60,727 nt of DNA from an uncultured Elusimicrobiaceae bacterium (GCA_964631475.1 CAZVWK010000003.1:1-60727), one strand, 5' to 3'; shown: positions 8,673 to 18,339, counted from the first letter of the stretch. Notes: generated by a model not told the origin, from the letters alone. A program made the numbers and translations.

Positions 8673-9811
8673 CCGCCCTGGCCATGCTGCTGCTGGCGTC
8701 GCCCGCTTTTACGCAGACGGCGGAGAAGTTGCGCGACCGGAAGGACAGGCTGGGGGAGATAAACAGGCAGCTCGCTGAGAAGCAGGCCGAACTGGAGCGC
8801 TACCAGGCGGAACAGAAGAAGATCTCGTCCGAGATAGATTCCCTCAGGGCGCAGGACCGGCTGACCAAGACCAGGCAGCGTGAGCTGGAGGGGCAACTGG
8901 GAGCTTCGCGCAGGAAAGGCGCCGAGGCCAGGGACAAGCTCGCCGCGCTCGAGCGCGCGCAGAAAGAACTGGCCGGCGCGGCCTCTTCCGAGGTCGCGAT
9001 GTACTCGATGGACAGGCTCTTCTACTCCCCTTATTACGGGCGCCCCGACCTGATGCGAGACGTTTTTATCAGGACCGCCATAATGAACAAGTACGCCTTG
9101 GCCGCCACCCTGAAGGGGGAGAAGAGGAAGGTTTCGGACGATATGCGGACGCTGGAGAAGCGCCAGAAAGAACTGGCCGTCAGCCGGGACAGGCTGGCCA
9201 GGGAGATAACCGTAAGCCAGCGCAACGTGCGCGACAAGCAGAAGGAGCTTTCCCGGGCGAAGGACAGGGAGAAGGCGCTGCGCCGGGAGCTCGAGGACCT
9301 GAAGAACGCGGCCGCCGGCCTGAACACGCTGGTAAAAAAGCTCGAGAAGCAGGCTCCCTACAGGACCCGCCAGCCCGGCGAACTGCCTATTGAGAAGGGC
9401 TCCCTGCCCTGGCCCGCAGCCGGCCGCGTCATAAGCAAGTACGGGCGGGAGCAGGTGCCAGAGCTCAAGACCTGGATAGTGCGGGAGGGCATAAGGATCC
9501 GCACGGCCGACCGGGCGCCGGTCACGCCGGTGCTGCCGGGCAAGGTCATCTATTCCGGCCCTTTCAGGACCTACGGCAATGTGGTGATAGTCGACCACGA
9601 GAAAGGATTTTTTACGGTTTACGGTCTGCTCGGTTCGGTGGCCGCGTCCAGGGGCGACCGGGTGACCGAATCGTCGAGGATAGGCTTCGCCGGCGCCGAC
9701 ACGCAGGCCATCTCGGGCGGCGAGCAGGCGGAGGGGAGCACGGTGTATTTCGAGATACGCTCCGGCTCTGACGCCATAAACCCGCTGCCCTGGCTCGCCC
9801 CGGAGCCCTGA
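8654..9811 (+). CDS. EnvC-like coiled-coil murein hydrolase activator with a C-terminal M23 (LytM) domain
   Basis: Signal peptide, about 230 aa of coiled coil, then an M23 domain (GKVIYSGPFRTYGNVVIVDHEKGFFTVYGLL..., TVYFEIRSGSDAINPLPWL). It overlaps the end of ftsX by 19 nt. Confidence 0.85.
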   Translation: MEKFAIAALAMLLLASPAFTQTAEKLRDRKDRLGEINRQLAEKQAELERYQAEQKKISSEIDSLRAQDRLTKTRQRELEGQLGASRRKGAEARDKLAALERAQKELAGAASSEVAMYSMDRLFYSPYYGRPDLMRDVFIRTAIMNKYALAATLKGEKRKVSDDMRTLEKRQKELAVSRDRLAREITVSQRNVRDKQKELSRAKDREKALRRELEDLKNAAAGLNTLVKKLEKQAPYRTRQPGELPIEKGSLPWPAAGRVISKYGREQVPELKTWIVREGIRIRTADRAPVTPVLPGKVIYSGPFRTYGNVVIVDHEKGFFTVYGLLGSVAASRGDRVTESSRIGFAGADTQAISGGEQAEGSTVYFEIRSGSDAINPLPWLAPEP

Positions 9812-9841
9812 GTCCGGCGGAAGCGGAATAAGGAGAAATGT

Positions 9842-11122
9842 ATGCGGATACCCAGGAAAGTCATTCTGATAGGCGGGACGGCGGCGCTGATGGGGCTGGC
9901 CTTCCCCTACGCCAGCTCGGCGGTGGACCAGACCTACCAGCAGCTCAAGACCATAGTGGACGTGATGGAGCTGATAAGGGAGAACTACGTCGACGAGACG
10001 GACTCCCAGAAGCTGATCTACGGCGCCGCGCACGGCATGGTGCAGCAGCTCGACGACTTCTCGCAGTTCATGGAGCCAGACCTCTACAAGCGCGTCAAGA
10101 GCGACACGGAGGGCGAGTTCGGCGGTATAGGGATAAGGGTGGATATGCGCGAGGGCTGGCTGACCGTGGTCACGCCGCTGCCCAATACCCCGGCCTACCG
10201 CGCCGGTCTTTATCCGGGCGACAAGATAATCAAGATCGAGGGCGAGAGCACCAAGGAGATGATAATCGACGAGGCCATCAAGCGCCTCCGGGGCGCGCCG
10301 GGCACCAAGGTCAACATCACCACGGCCCGCGAGCCTGACGACAAGGACGCGGAGTGGATACAGCGCGACGTGGCGCTGGTCCGGGAGCTTATAAAGACCG
10401 AGGCCGTGCGATACAAGATGCTGGAAGGCAAGGTCGGCTACATAAGGCTGGTGGATTTTACCGGCCACGTGGTGGAGGACGTCAACAAGGCCCTGGAGTC
10501 GCTCAAGACACAGGGCATGGAGGCGCTGGTCATCGACGTGCGCTATAACCCGGGCGGCCTGCTCTCCGCCGCGGTAGACGTCTCCAAATTTTTCGTCGAC
10601 GGCAACAGGATGATCGTCTACACCAAGGGGCGCAAGCCCGAGAATTACCAGGAGTTCCGGGCGGCCTCCAGGGCCCCTTTCCCCACCCTGCCGGTAGTGG
10701 TGCTGGTCAACCGCTTCTCGGCCTCGGCCAGCGAGATCCTGGCCGGCGCGCTGCAGGACAACAAGCGCGCCGTCGTCATAGGCGAGCGCACCTTCGGCAA
10801 GGCCAGCGTGCAGTCCATGATCCCGCTCTCGGACAAGTCGGCCCTGCGCCTGACCATAGCCAAGTATTACACCCCCACCGGCAAGTCGATACACCGCGAC
10901 GCCAAGGGCGAGAACGGCGGCATCACGCCGGACATAGAGATAAAGGTGGACCGGGAGACCGAGACCAAGCTGATAAAGCAGGCCGAAGAACTTTTCTACC
11001 CGGGCAAGGAGAGCGAGCAGAACGGGAAGGCGAAGCCCAGGACCCGCGACGAGATGCTCGAGCGCGGGCTGGAGCTGCTCAAGGCTAGGGAAGTGCTGGG
11101 CAACCTGAGGGCGGCCAAGTAA
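9842..11122 (+). CDS. ctpA: Carboxy-terminal processing protease (S41, PDZ-containing)
   Basis: PDZ segment (GGIGIRVDMREGWLTVVTPLPNTPAYRAGLYPGDKIIKIEG). The S41 core (IDVRYNPGGLL, VVLVNRFSASASEILAGAL, GERTFGKASVQ) keeps the Ser/Lys dyad context. AAGGAG lies 7 nt upstream of the start. Confidence 0.9.
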   Translation: MRIPRKVILIGGTAALMGLAFPYASSAVDQTYQQLKTIVDVMELIRENYVDETDSQKLIYGAAHGMVQQLDDFSQFMEPDLYKRVKSDTEGEFGGIGIRVDMREGWLTVVTPLPNTPAYRAGLYPGDKIIKIEGESTKEMIIDEAIKRLRGAPGTKVNITTAREPDDKDAEWIQRDVALVRELIKTEAVRYKMLEGKVGYIRLVDFTGHVVEDVNKALESLKTQGMEALVIDVRYNPGGLLSAAVDVSKFFVDGNRMIVYTKGRKPENYQEFRAASRAPFPTLPVVVLVNRFSASASEILAGALQDNKRAVVIGERTFGKASVQSMIPLSDKSALRLTIAKYYTPTGKSIHRDAKGENGGITPDIEIKVDRETETKLIKQAEELFYPGKESEQNGKAKPRTRDEMLERGLELLKAREVLGNLRAAK

Positions 11123-11133
11123 GCCTTAAAGAA

Positions 11134-12171
11134 GTGCAGACGCTCGCCATAGAGACCACCTGCGACGAGACCGCGGCCTGCGTGCTGCGGGACGGCAGGA
11201 TAATCTCCGAGGCCGTATTCTCGCAGATAGCCCTGCACCGGCGCTACAGCGGCGTGGTGCCGGAGCTGGCCAGCCGCGCGCACCTGGAAAAGATAAACCA
11301 TGTCCTGCGCGCCGCGCTGGAGGGCGCGGGTATAAGGCTGCCGGCGGGCAAAAAAGGCAAAAAGATATTCGACGCGGTCGCTTTTTCCCGCGGCCCCGGC
11401 CTTCCCGGGGCGATACTTGTAGGCCGCGTGGCCGCGCAGACCGCCGCCCGGGTCTTCGGCGCGCCGCTGATAGGAGTGAACCACCTCGAAGGCCACCTGC
11501 TGGCCTGCGAATTCCGCAGGGGGCGCGCGGACGCCCGGCTGAAGTTCCCGCTAGCCGCGCTGATAGTCTCCGGCGGGCACACCGAGCTCTGGCGGGCCGG
11601 GGGCTACGGCGACTACGAGCGGCTGGGGAGCACGCGCGACGACGCCGCCGGCGAGGCTTTCGACAAGGTCGCCCGCCTGCTCGGACTGGGCTATCCCGGC
11701 GGGCCGGAAGTGGAGCGCCTGGCCCTGCGGGCCGGCCCGCGAAGGCCGGCCTTCCCCCGGCCTTTCATGGACGGCGGCCTGGATTTCTCTTTCAGCGGCC
11801 TCAAGACGGCGGTCGCCTATTATCTGCAGGACCATCCGCGCCCCGGCGCCGCCGCCAAGGCCGCCGTGTGCGCGGCTTTCCAGGAGGCGGTAGCCGACAC
11901 GCTCGCGGCCAAGGCCGCGCTGGCCTGCCGCAAGTACGGCCTCGGGTCCGCGGCCGCCGGCGGCGGCGTCTCGGCCAATTCGCTGCTGAGGGAGCGGATG
12001 ACGGCTTCCTGCGCGGCGGCGGGCGCCCCGGCCGTGTTCTCCGAGAAAAAATACTGCACCGACAACGCCGCCATGATAGCCCTGGCCGCACAGCGCCGGC
12101 TGGAAAGCGGCCGGCGACTGAAGCACAACGTGGAGGTCGACCCGGACCTGGAGATAGAAAGCTGGCGTTAA
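11134..12171 (+). CDS. tsaD: tRNA N6-adenosine threonylcarbamoyltransferase TsaD
   Basis: GTG start. LAIETTCDETAACVL, GVVPELASRAHLE, GVNHLEGHL, SGGHTEL and GYPGGPEVERLA are canonical Kae1/TsaD motifs. Confidence 0.95.
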   Translation: MQTLAIETTCDETAACVLRDGRIISEAVFSQIALHRRYSGVVPELASRAHLEKINHVLRAALEGAGIRLPAGKKGKKIFDAVAFSRGPGLPGAILVGRVAAQTAARVFGAPLIGVNHLEGHLLACEFRRGRADARLKFPLAALIVSGGHTELWRAGGYGDYERLGSTRDDAAGEAFDKVARLLGLGYPGGPEVERLALRAGPRRPAFPRPFMDGGLDFSFSGLKTAVAYYLQDHPRPGAAAKAAVCAAFQEAVADTLAAKAALACRKYGLGSAAAGGGVSANSLLRERMTASCAAAGAPAVFSEKKYCTDNAAMIALAAQRRLESGRRLKHNVEVDPDLEIESWR

Positions 12172-12212
12172 CATTAATTTAACAACGCCCTGTTATAAAT
12201 TAGCGCGCTATA

Positions 12213-13403
12213 ATGAAAATCTGGATATTGTCGGATTACGACTCCCGCAAGCACCTGGCGGTCAAGAACCTGCTGGCGCGCTTCTACGCGGAATACCCGG
12301 AGCGAAAGTCCGGTTTCGAGGTGCTCAGCCGACGCTCGCTCTGGGACGCGCTGTTCGCCCACCTGCGCGACCCGAAGAACGCCCCGGCCGCCGACCTTAT
12401 CGAGCTCCCCCAGTCCTGGATCCCGCTTTTCTCCAAGCTGGGCCTGCTCGCCGACCTGTCCGGTCAGCTGGAGGGCCCCTCGGCCCGCTATCCCGAGTTC
12501 ATCCGCCGCAGCTGCCTGCCGGCCGAGGGCGGCGCGGTTTACGCCATGCCCTGGTGGGTCGAGATAGTCTGCCTGCACTACAGGGCCGACTCGCTTAAAA
12601 AAGTCTCGAAGGACCCCGAGGCGGACCTCGCCTCCTGGGAGGGCCTGCTGGACGTCTGCGGCAGGCTGAAGGCCGCCTGCCGGAAGAAGGACTATTACCC
12701 TCTGGAGAATTCCAACCCGTCGGGGGCGGTCAGCGCCGCCGACGCGCTGCCCTGCGTCTGGAACCGCGGCGGCGATCTCTTCAGCGAGGGCTTCAGCCGC
12801 TGCGCGGTGACGCGCGCCGAGACCGTGCGCGGCATCGAGGACTATCTCGGACTGGCCTCCAGGGAGTACATGCCGCTTTTCGAGGAGAATTTCCACGAGA
12901 GCGGATTCCTGGCTTCGGGCCTGAGCGACCTGGTCTTCTCGGGCCGGCTGCCGATACAGGTCAAGGCCGGCGGCCGCGGCGCCCAGCTGCGCCCCGTCCC
13001 CTACCCCTCTTTCGGCAGGCCCGTCTCGCCGTGCTTCGTCAATTCGCTGGCGCTGTGCAGCGGGTCCGCCGGCCAGGAGGGTCCGGCGGAACTCCTGAAA
13101 TGGCTGCTGGACCCGAGGCGGGCCAGGTATTTCACCGGCGCCTTCGGCGCCTTCCCCTGCCACCGCCAGCCCCTGGAGGACGCGCTGGACGCCAGCCGCC
13201 ACGGGGCGACGTACCGCAAGATCACCGAAAGCGCCAGGTTCAGGCCCGGCGTCACGGCCTACCCCACCTGCGAGCTGCTGCTGGACGCCGCGCTGGCCGG
13301 GGCCGCGCTGCGCTCGGCCGAGCGGGACTACGACGGTTCGGACCTGCGGCGGGAGCTGATAAAGATACAGGGCGAGGTGGATTACCTGCTTTCGATTTAC
13401 TGA
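12213..13403 (+). CDS. Periplasmic-binding-protein fold (SBP family 1-like) protein without a signal peptide
   Basis: 396 aa beginning directly with MKIWILSDYDS. SBP_bac_1-like blocks are present (DLIELPQSWIPLFSKLGLLADLS, YAMPWWVEIVCLHYRADSLKK). Only 41 nt separate it from tsaD, so there is no room for a leader peptide. Its stop overlaps the next start (TGATG). Confidence 0.65.
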   Translation: MKIWILSDYDSRKHLAVKNLLARFYAEYPERKSGFEVLSRRSLWDALFAHLRDPKNAPAADLIELPQSWIPLFSKLGLLADLSGQLEGPSARYPEFIRRSCLPAEGGAVYAMPWWVEIVCLHYRADSLKKVSKDPEADLASWEGLLDVCGRLKAACRKKDYYPLENSNPSGAVSAADALPCVWNRGGDLFSEGFSRCAVTRAETVRGIEDYLGLASREYMPLFEENFHESGFLASGLSDLVFSGRLPIQVKAGGRGAQLRPVPYPSFGRPVSPCFVNSLALCSGSAGQEGPAELLKWLLDPRRARYFTGAFGAFPCHRQPLEDALDASRHGATYRKITESARFRPGVTAYPTCELLLDAALAGAALRSAERDYDGSDLRRELIKIQGEVDYLLSIY

Positions 13404-14944
13404 TGAAGAGGAAAGAGCGCGATATTTACGAGGAACTGGAGCGGGCGGGCCTGACCGGGCCCAACGCCTTCTTCGGACACCTGCTCGGCGAGCTGGCCGC
13501 GGCCTATTCGCTGGACGGCGTCTCTTTCTTCGAGACGGACCTCAAGCGGTCGCTGCTGGGCCTGAAACTGCGCTGGAAGCACGGCCTGGTTTTCGAGCAC
13601 GAGGAGAACATCCGGCTGGACCAGGCCTCCGCGCTCGGCCAGGCTATACTGCGCGGCCGCTCGCACGCCGCGCGCGTACCCGGCATGCACCATCTCTACA
13701 TCCCCTTCTCGCTGGAGGGCCAGGCCGGGATCCCCGGACCGCAGCGCTCCGGCGTCATCCGCGCCGAGCGGCTGCACGGCAAGCGCGGGTTCCGCGACCG
13801 CGAGCGGCAGGGCGCGGCGGCCATGGTCCGCGGCCTGGTCCGGCACTATTACAGGGCCGAGTACGCGGACCTGCTGCGCCGCCACGAGCGCGGCATGGCC
13901 GCCGTGGCCGAGCTGACCGAGATCTTCGCCACCTCGATACGCGTGCGCGAGAGTTTCAAGCATATCCTGACCGGCGTGCAGAAATATTTCGGTTTCGACC
14001 GGGTCCGCCTCTACCTAATAGACAAGGGCGCCAACAAGCTGAAAGGGGAGTACAGCGCCGACATCCGCGGACAGGTCAAGAGCATCTCCTACGACGAGAT
14101 TCCGCTCGAGCCCGGCGCCCACCGCTTCGCCGACATCGTGCTCGGCAAGAGCACCGGCGCGTTCATGGACCGCTACCGCGAATGCGTGCTCTACCTGCCG
14201 CTGGTCGTTCAGGGCTCCACGATAGGGCTGCTCATCGTCGACAATATCCTCTCCCAGCACAAGATAGACCCGGCCGACCTGTCGATGCTCAGGTCTTTCG
14301 CCGGGCAGATCGCGCTGGCCGTGGATAACGTCAAGCTCTTCGATAAAGTCGAGGAACTGTCACTGCACGACGAACTGACCAGGCTGCCGCTGCGCCGTTA
14401 TTTCATGCAGCGCTTCCAGGAGGAATTCTACCGCGCCGAGCGTTCGCGCAAGCCGATGGCGCTGGTCTGGATAGACCTGGACTACTTCAAGGAGATCAAC
14501 GACACCTACGGCCACCAGATCGGCGACAAGGTGCTCAAGGAGGTCGGCCGCGTCATACTGGGCAACCTCCGCAAGATAGACTTCCCGTGCCGCTACGGCG
14601 GCGACGAGATACTCATACTGCTGCCCGAAACCGCCGCTTTCGACGCCAGGAAGCTCTGCGAGCGCCTCGCCGCCGAGATACGCGACCTCAAGATCCCCGT
14701 GCCTTTCTCGCGCAACCGCGAACTGCAGGTGTCGCTGAGCGTGGGCATCTCGGTGTTCCCGCACGACGCCTCGTCCACCGAAGAATTGCTGCGCAAGGCC
14801 GACGAGGCGCTCTACAAGGTAAAGTCCGGCGGCCGCGGCCTCATCATGCTCTACGACGAAAAGGCGGCCCAGACCACCGCCCCGGCTCAGGACTGCGCCG
14901 GAGCGCCGCTCCCCACTAAGGAGGCCGCGCCCGATGCGAAGTAA
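13403..14944 (+). CDS. GAF-domain diguanylate cyclase (GGDEF)
   Basis: The track ORF 13031..14944 overlaps the previous gene. The ATG at 13403 is in frame and shares one nucleotide with the upstream stop. It has a GAF-like segment and a GGDEF domain (DYFKEINDTYGHQIGDKVL, RYGGDEILILLPE), with an RxxD I-site (RKID) five residues before GGDE. Confidence 0.9.
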   Translation: MKRKERDIYEELERAGLTGPNAFFGHLLGELAAAYSLDGVSFFETDLKRSLLGLKLRWKHGLVFEHEENIRLDQASALGQAILRGRSHAARVPGMHHLYIPFSLEGQAGIPGPQRSGVIRAERLHGKRGFRDRERQGAAAMVRGLVRHYYRAEYADLLRRHERGMAAVAELTEIFATSIRVRESFKHILTGVQKYFGFDRVRLYLIDKGANKLKGEYSADIRGQVKSISYDEIPLEPGAHRFADIVLGKSTGAFMDRYRECVLYLPLVVQGSTIGLLIVDNILSQHKIDPADLSMLRSFAGQIALAVDNVKLFDKVEELSLHDELTRLPLRRYFMQRFQEEFYRAERSRKPMALVWIDLDYFKEINDTYGHQIGDKVLKEVGRVILGNLRKIDFPCRYGGDEILILLPETAAFDARKLCERLAAEIRDLKIPVPFSRNRELQVSLSVGISVFPHDASSTEELLRKADEALYKVKSGGRGLIMLYDEKAAQTTAPAQDCAGAPLPTKEAAPDAK

Positions 14945-16298
14945 GACCATCTTTCAGGCCCTGCTGGCCCTGTTCCTCGCGGTCTCCCCGGCCCGCGCGG
15001 TATTCGAGGACGTCGGCCTGGGCGCGGCCCAGGCGGCTATGGCCTGGTCGGGCTCGGTCCTGGACGGCCACGGCCTGCTCAATCCCGCCGCGGCGGGCGG
15101 GACGCGAAAGACCGTCGCGGGCGCCCACTATCTTTCGTCACGCCGGCTGCCGGGCGGTCCCTATGATTTCGACGACTATTCCTTCGACCTGCGCCATCCC
15201 CTGCTCATGAAGGGGAGGCAGGGCACTCTCACCGGGGCCCTGCGCTACCGCACCGACGGCTCGCTGGCGCGCCAGCGCGATATCGCGCTGGGCTGGTCCA
15301 GCTGGCAGCTCCTGCGCGTCGCCGGCGGCTCGCTGGACCTGGGCGTCAATTTCCGCATGCAGCAGCTGACGCATATACCCAGCGAGGAGGCCGCCTCCAA
15401 TCCCGGCCTGGACATAGGCGCGGTCTACAGGGCGGAAGAGGGCGTCTCGTACGGCTTCTCCGCGCTGAACCTCGGCAACCCGGAGTTTACGGCCGGCACA
15501 CTGGCCGATAATTCGCCCAGGATATACAAACTCGGCGCGGCCCAGGAGGCGCGGCACTACCGGCTGGCCATGGACTTCACCCGCCGCTCGGACTCCGCCG
15601 GCCACGGGGCCACCTACACGCTCAGTTCCGGCGCGGAGCGGGCCTGGCATTTCCTCAGGCGGGGCACGCTGCTGGCCCGGGGTGGCCTGCACCTGGGCGA
15701 CGCCTCGTCCCTGCTGGCGCTGGGCGCCGGGTGGCGGCTGGCCGAATCCGATCTTTCATACGCCTTCATGCTGCCGCTCAGCGGCGGCCGGTCCGCCGGG
15801 CACGCGCTGACGCTCAACTTGCGCTTCGGCGACAGGGACGCTTCCCAGGAATGGGAGAGGCTGCTGGAGCGGGAGATGAAGTTCCGCAAGGACCTGCTCC
15901 AGGCCCTCGACGAGGCCTCGCTGCGCGAGGGGGCGCTCAAAGACGAGCTGGATTTCCTGCGCCGGGAATTCGTAGCTCTCAACGCCATGTTCGCCGCCGA
16001 GTCGGAGCGGGCGGCGGCCGCCGGCGACCAGAAGCGCCGCGTCGAGGCCGCCCTGGAGCGGCAGCGCCGCGCGGCGGCCGAGCTGAAAGAACTGGAGGAG
16101 AAGCGCCGCAGGGACAGGCTGACCCAGCTTGCCTACCAGTTCAGCGTAGATTTCGAGGCCTACCTGAAGATGAAGGCGGGGGGGGGGCCGCCCGAAAGCC
16201 TGCGCGCCGCGCTGGGCCGGGTCATAGGCCAGTACCAGGATTCCGGCATAGACATCAGCCGGGCCACGGTGGAACTGCAGTCGCTGGTGGGAAAGTGA
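14934..16298 (+). CDS. Outer-membrane beta-barrel (PorV/PorQ-like) with a C-terminal coiled-coil extension
   Basis: Signal peptide ending ARA. The N-terminal motif VFEDVGLGAAQAAMAWSGSVLDGHGLLNPAA resembles the PorV/PorQ-type start, followed by alternating barrel-like strands for about 290 aa. A charged coiled-coil tail of about 150 aa follows. It overlaps the GGDEF gene by 11 nt, and AAGGAGG lies upstream. Confidence 0.6.
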   Translation: MRSKTIFQALLALFLAVSPARAVFEDVGLGAAQAAMAWSGSVLDGHGLLNPAAAGGTRKTVAGAHYLSSRRLPGGPYDFDDYSFDLRHPLLMKGRQGTLTGALRYRTDGSLARQRDIALGWSSWQLLRVAGGSLDLGVNFRMQQLTHIPSEEAASNPGLDIGAVYRAEEGVSYGFSALNLGNPEFTAGTLADNSPRIYKLGAAQEARHYRLAMDFTRRSDSAGHGATYTLSSGAERAWHFLRRGTLLARGGLHLGDASSLLALGAGWRLAESDLSYAFMLPLSGGRSAGHALTLNLRFGDRDASQEWERLLEREMKFRKDLLQALDEASLREGALKDELDFLRREFVALNAMFAAESERAAAAGDQKRRVEAALERQRRAAAELKELEEKRRRDRLTQLAYQFSVDFEAYLKMKAGGGPPESLRAALGRVIGQYQDSGIDISRATVELQSLVGK

Positions 16299-16302
16299 TT
16301 CC

Positions 16303-16380
16303 GGGGACAGTATATCTATTTCCCCCGGTCGGGGCGCGTGCGCGCGATGGCTGGCGGATGGAAACAGGTATACTGTCCCC
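16303..16380 (+). other. Long-range inverted repeat just after the 14934 gene
   Basis: 12-bp arms ggggacagtata (16303-16314) / tatactgtcccc (16369-16380) enclose 54 nt of GC-rich sequence. Only a weak T4 run follows, 7 nt downstream. Confidence 0.35.
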
Positions 16381-16470
16381 CGTAATCTTTTGTTAACAAT
16401 TAGTTCACCGCCCCTTAACGGCCTCCCCGGTAAAATAATATGACCGCCGGCTCACAGCCGACCGGTCCCT

Positions 16471-18192
16471 ATGGAAAACTCAGAACTGGACAAGAAGATA
16501 TCCGAGGTCTGGAAGCGCGTGGCCGGGACGGACCTGCCCCCGTCGGCGCCGCGCCTGCCGGAGATGCGCGAATCCTCGGTGGAGACCGTCCGGTTCCTCA
16601 AGGACAATTACGGCAAGGCCCAGGCCGAGTGGGAACGCCTGCTTTCGGCCAAGGAACTCAATATCCGGGACCTCTCCTCCCAGCTGGAGGAGACCCGCGC
16701 CCACCTGGCCGAGCTCAAGCAGCATTACACCGAGGCCCGCGAGAAGCTGGTCACCGAGCAGCTCAATACGGCCCTGAACCTGGAGGAGACACGCAAGGTG
16801 CTGCGCGAGCAGAAGGCTTCGCACCAGAAAGAGCTGCGCCTGCTGCAGGAGGTCCTCGAGCGCGGCAGGACCGAGCTGCGCGAGCTGGGCGCCCGCCTGG
16901 AAGCCCTGACCCGCGAGCGCGACGAGCACCGCCGCAGGCACGGAGAGGCGAACGTCGAGTCCGCCAATCTGCGCGACGCCGCGGCGGCCCTGGAAAAGAA
17001 GCTTTCCGACGCCAAGGCCGCCGTCGAAGCCACCCTCTCCGAACTGCTGGCCGAGCGCAAAGAACGCGCCGAGGCCGGCAGGCGGATCAAGGAGCTCGAG
17101 CGCAAGAATTCCGAGATGGCCGAAGAACTTTCGGCCGCCAAGGCCGCCTGGGACGCCGAGCGGACGCAGTGGAAGGAACTCTGGGAGCGCGAGCGCTCCG
17201 TCTGGGAGACCCACCGCCAGGAATTCGCCGTCTGGGAGGAGCGCCTGCGCTCCGAGCGCCAGGCCTGGCTGGAGAAACTGCGCGGCGAGGAGCGGAAGGG
17301 CCTCGCTCACGCCGAAGGCCTGGCCAGGGTCCTGCAAGATTCTTCCGAATGGTCGCAGAAGGTCACCCAGGTGCTGCAGCTTTACGCCCTTAAAGGAGTC
17401 GAACTGCCGAAGGTTTTCGTCTCCGCCCCGTCCGGCCCCGTGGAGCGCACCCGCGGCCTGCGCCGCGCTTTCATGATGGCCGGCGCCGCCCTGGTATTGC
17501 TGGCCGGCACCGCCTTCTATATCCACGACTACCGCTCCAGGCCCCATTTCAGGCTGCTGCAGTCCTGGCCGCTGGACCTTAAAGGAGTATCTTATATAGC
17601 CGGCTCGGAGGAGGGCCTCTGGCTGGCCGACTGGGAGCAGGGACTGGTGCTTAAAGACCGCAAGGACCTGTCCACCCTGCGCCGCATAGACGGCAACGCG
17701 GGCGTGCCGTTGCGCGCGGCCGCCGCCGCGCCGGTTCCGGGTTCCGTCTGGGCGCTGGACCTGGCCCAGCTGCGCCTGGTTCGCAAAGAGTCCGTCTCCG
17801 GCCGCGAACTCGACGGCGTCCGCACCCCCGGCCCGGCACCGCAGGGCCTGGCCCACGACGGCCACAGTCTCTGGTCCTTCGACGCCGCCTCGGGCCTGTT
17901 CTACCGCCACGGCCCCGATCCCTCCAGGGGCGCCCTGGCCAGCTACGAGATCAGGGGCGTAAAGACCGTCAAGGCCATGCAGTGGGCCGGCGGCCGGCTC
18001 TGGGTCCTAGACGGCAACGGCGCGCTGGCTATATACGACTTCAGCCACGGGGGCTTTAAGAGGGCTTCGCGCGGGGACCTCGGTCCCGGTGCCGAGGGCT
18101 TCTGGCTGGACGGGGAGAACTTCTGGACCCTGCAGAAGGCCCGCGATTCCTCGGCCCTGGAGCTGCGCAAGAGCGCCCTTAAGTTATATTGA
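16471..18192 (+). CDS. Bitopic protein: long cytoplasmic coiled coil, one TM segment, C-terminal propeller-like domain
   Basis: About 300 aa of heptad-rich, charged sequence, then a TM segment AFMMAGAALVLLAGTAFYI. The C-terminal 200 aa carry about five repeated LW-x-D strands (GLWLADWE, SVWALDLA, SLWSFDAA, RLWVLDGN, GFWLDGEN). Confidence 0.65.
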   Translation: MENSELDKKISEVWKRVAGTDLPPSAPRLPEMRESSVETVRFLKDNYGKAQAEWERLLSAKELNIRDLSSQLEETRAHLAELKQHYTEAREKLVTEQLNTALNLEETRKVLREQKASHQKELRLLQEVLERGRTELRELGARLEALTRERDEHRRRHGEANVESANLRDAAAALEKKLSDAKAAVEATLSELLAERKERAEAGRRIKELERKNSEMAEELSAAKAAWDAERTQWKELWERERSVWETHRQEFAVWEERLRSERQAWLEKLRGEERKGLAHAEGLARVLQDSSEWSQKVTQVLQLYALKGVELPKVFVSAPSGPVERTRGLRRAFMMAGAALVLLAGTAFYIHDYRSRPHFRLLQSWPLDLKGVSYIAGSEEGLWLADWEQGLVLKDRKDLSTLRRIDGNAGVPLRAAAAAPVPGSVWALDLAQLRLVRKESVSGRELDGVRTPGPAPQGLAHDGHSLWSFDAASGLFYRHGPDPSRGALASYEIRGVKTVKAMQWAGGRLWVLDGNGALAIYDFSHGGFKRASRGDLGPGAEGFWLDGENFWTLQKARDSSALELRKSALKLY

Positions 18193-18339
18193 TTTGTGAG
18201 AAACCAAAATGCGAGAATCCAAGGTATGCTAATGGGACACAATACCTGATTCCCGTTAACCAGGACGGAGACGGCATCGCGAGAGTAAAATCCAGGGGGA
18301 ATTAAGTGTTATGTCCCCATTTTTACGGAGCCCGAGATT

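Noticed and set aside
8552-10894. 780-aa minus-strand ORF across the envC-like and ctpA genes.
   Set aside because: It is antisense to two genes with clear M23 and S41 motifs and has no motifs of its own.
12209-12214. TATAAT hexamer as the -10 for the SBP-like gene.
   Set aside because: It overlaps the ATG itself (12213), so it cannot serve that start. The gene is probably co-transcribed with tsaD.
13031-13402. 5' extensions of track ORFs: 13031 (GGDEF), 33181 (DsbA-like), 38618 (NarL-type), 40828 (tadE-like), 39484 (flp), 41666, 6898 and 7860.
   Set aside because: Each extension overlaps the preceding well-supported gene or a promoter and translates to Arg/Pro/Gly-rich sequence. In-frame ATGs that coincide with stop/start overlaps or SD sequences give sensible N-termini.
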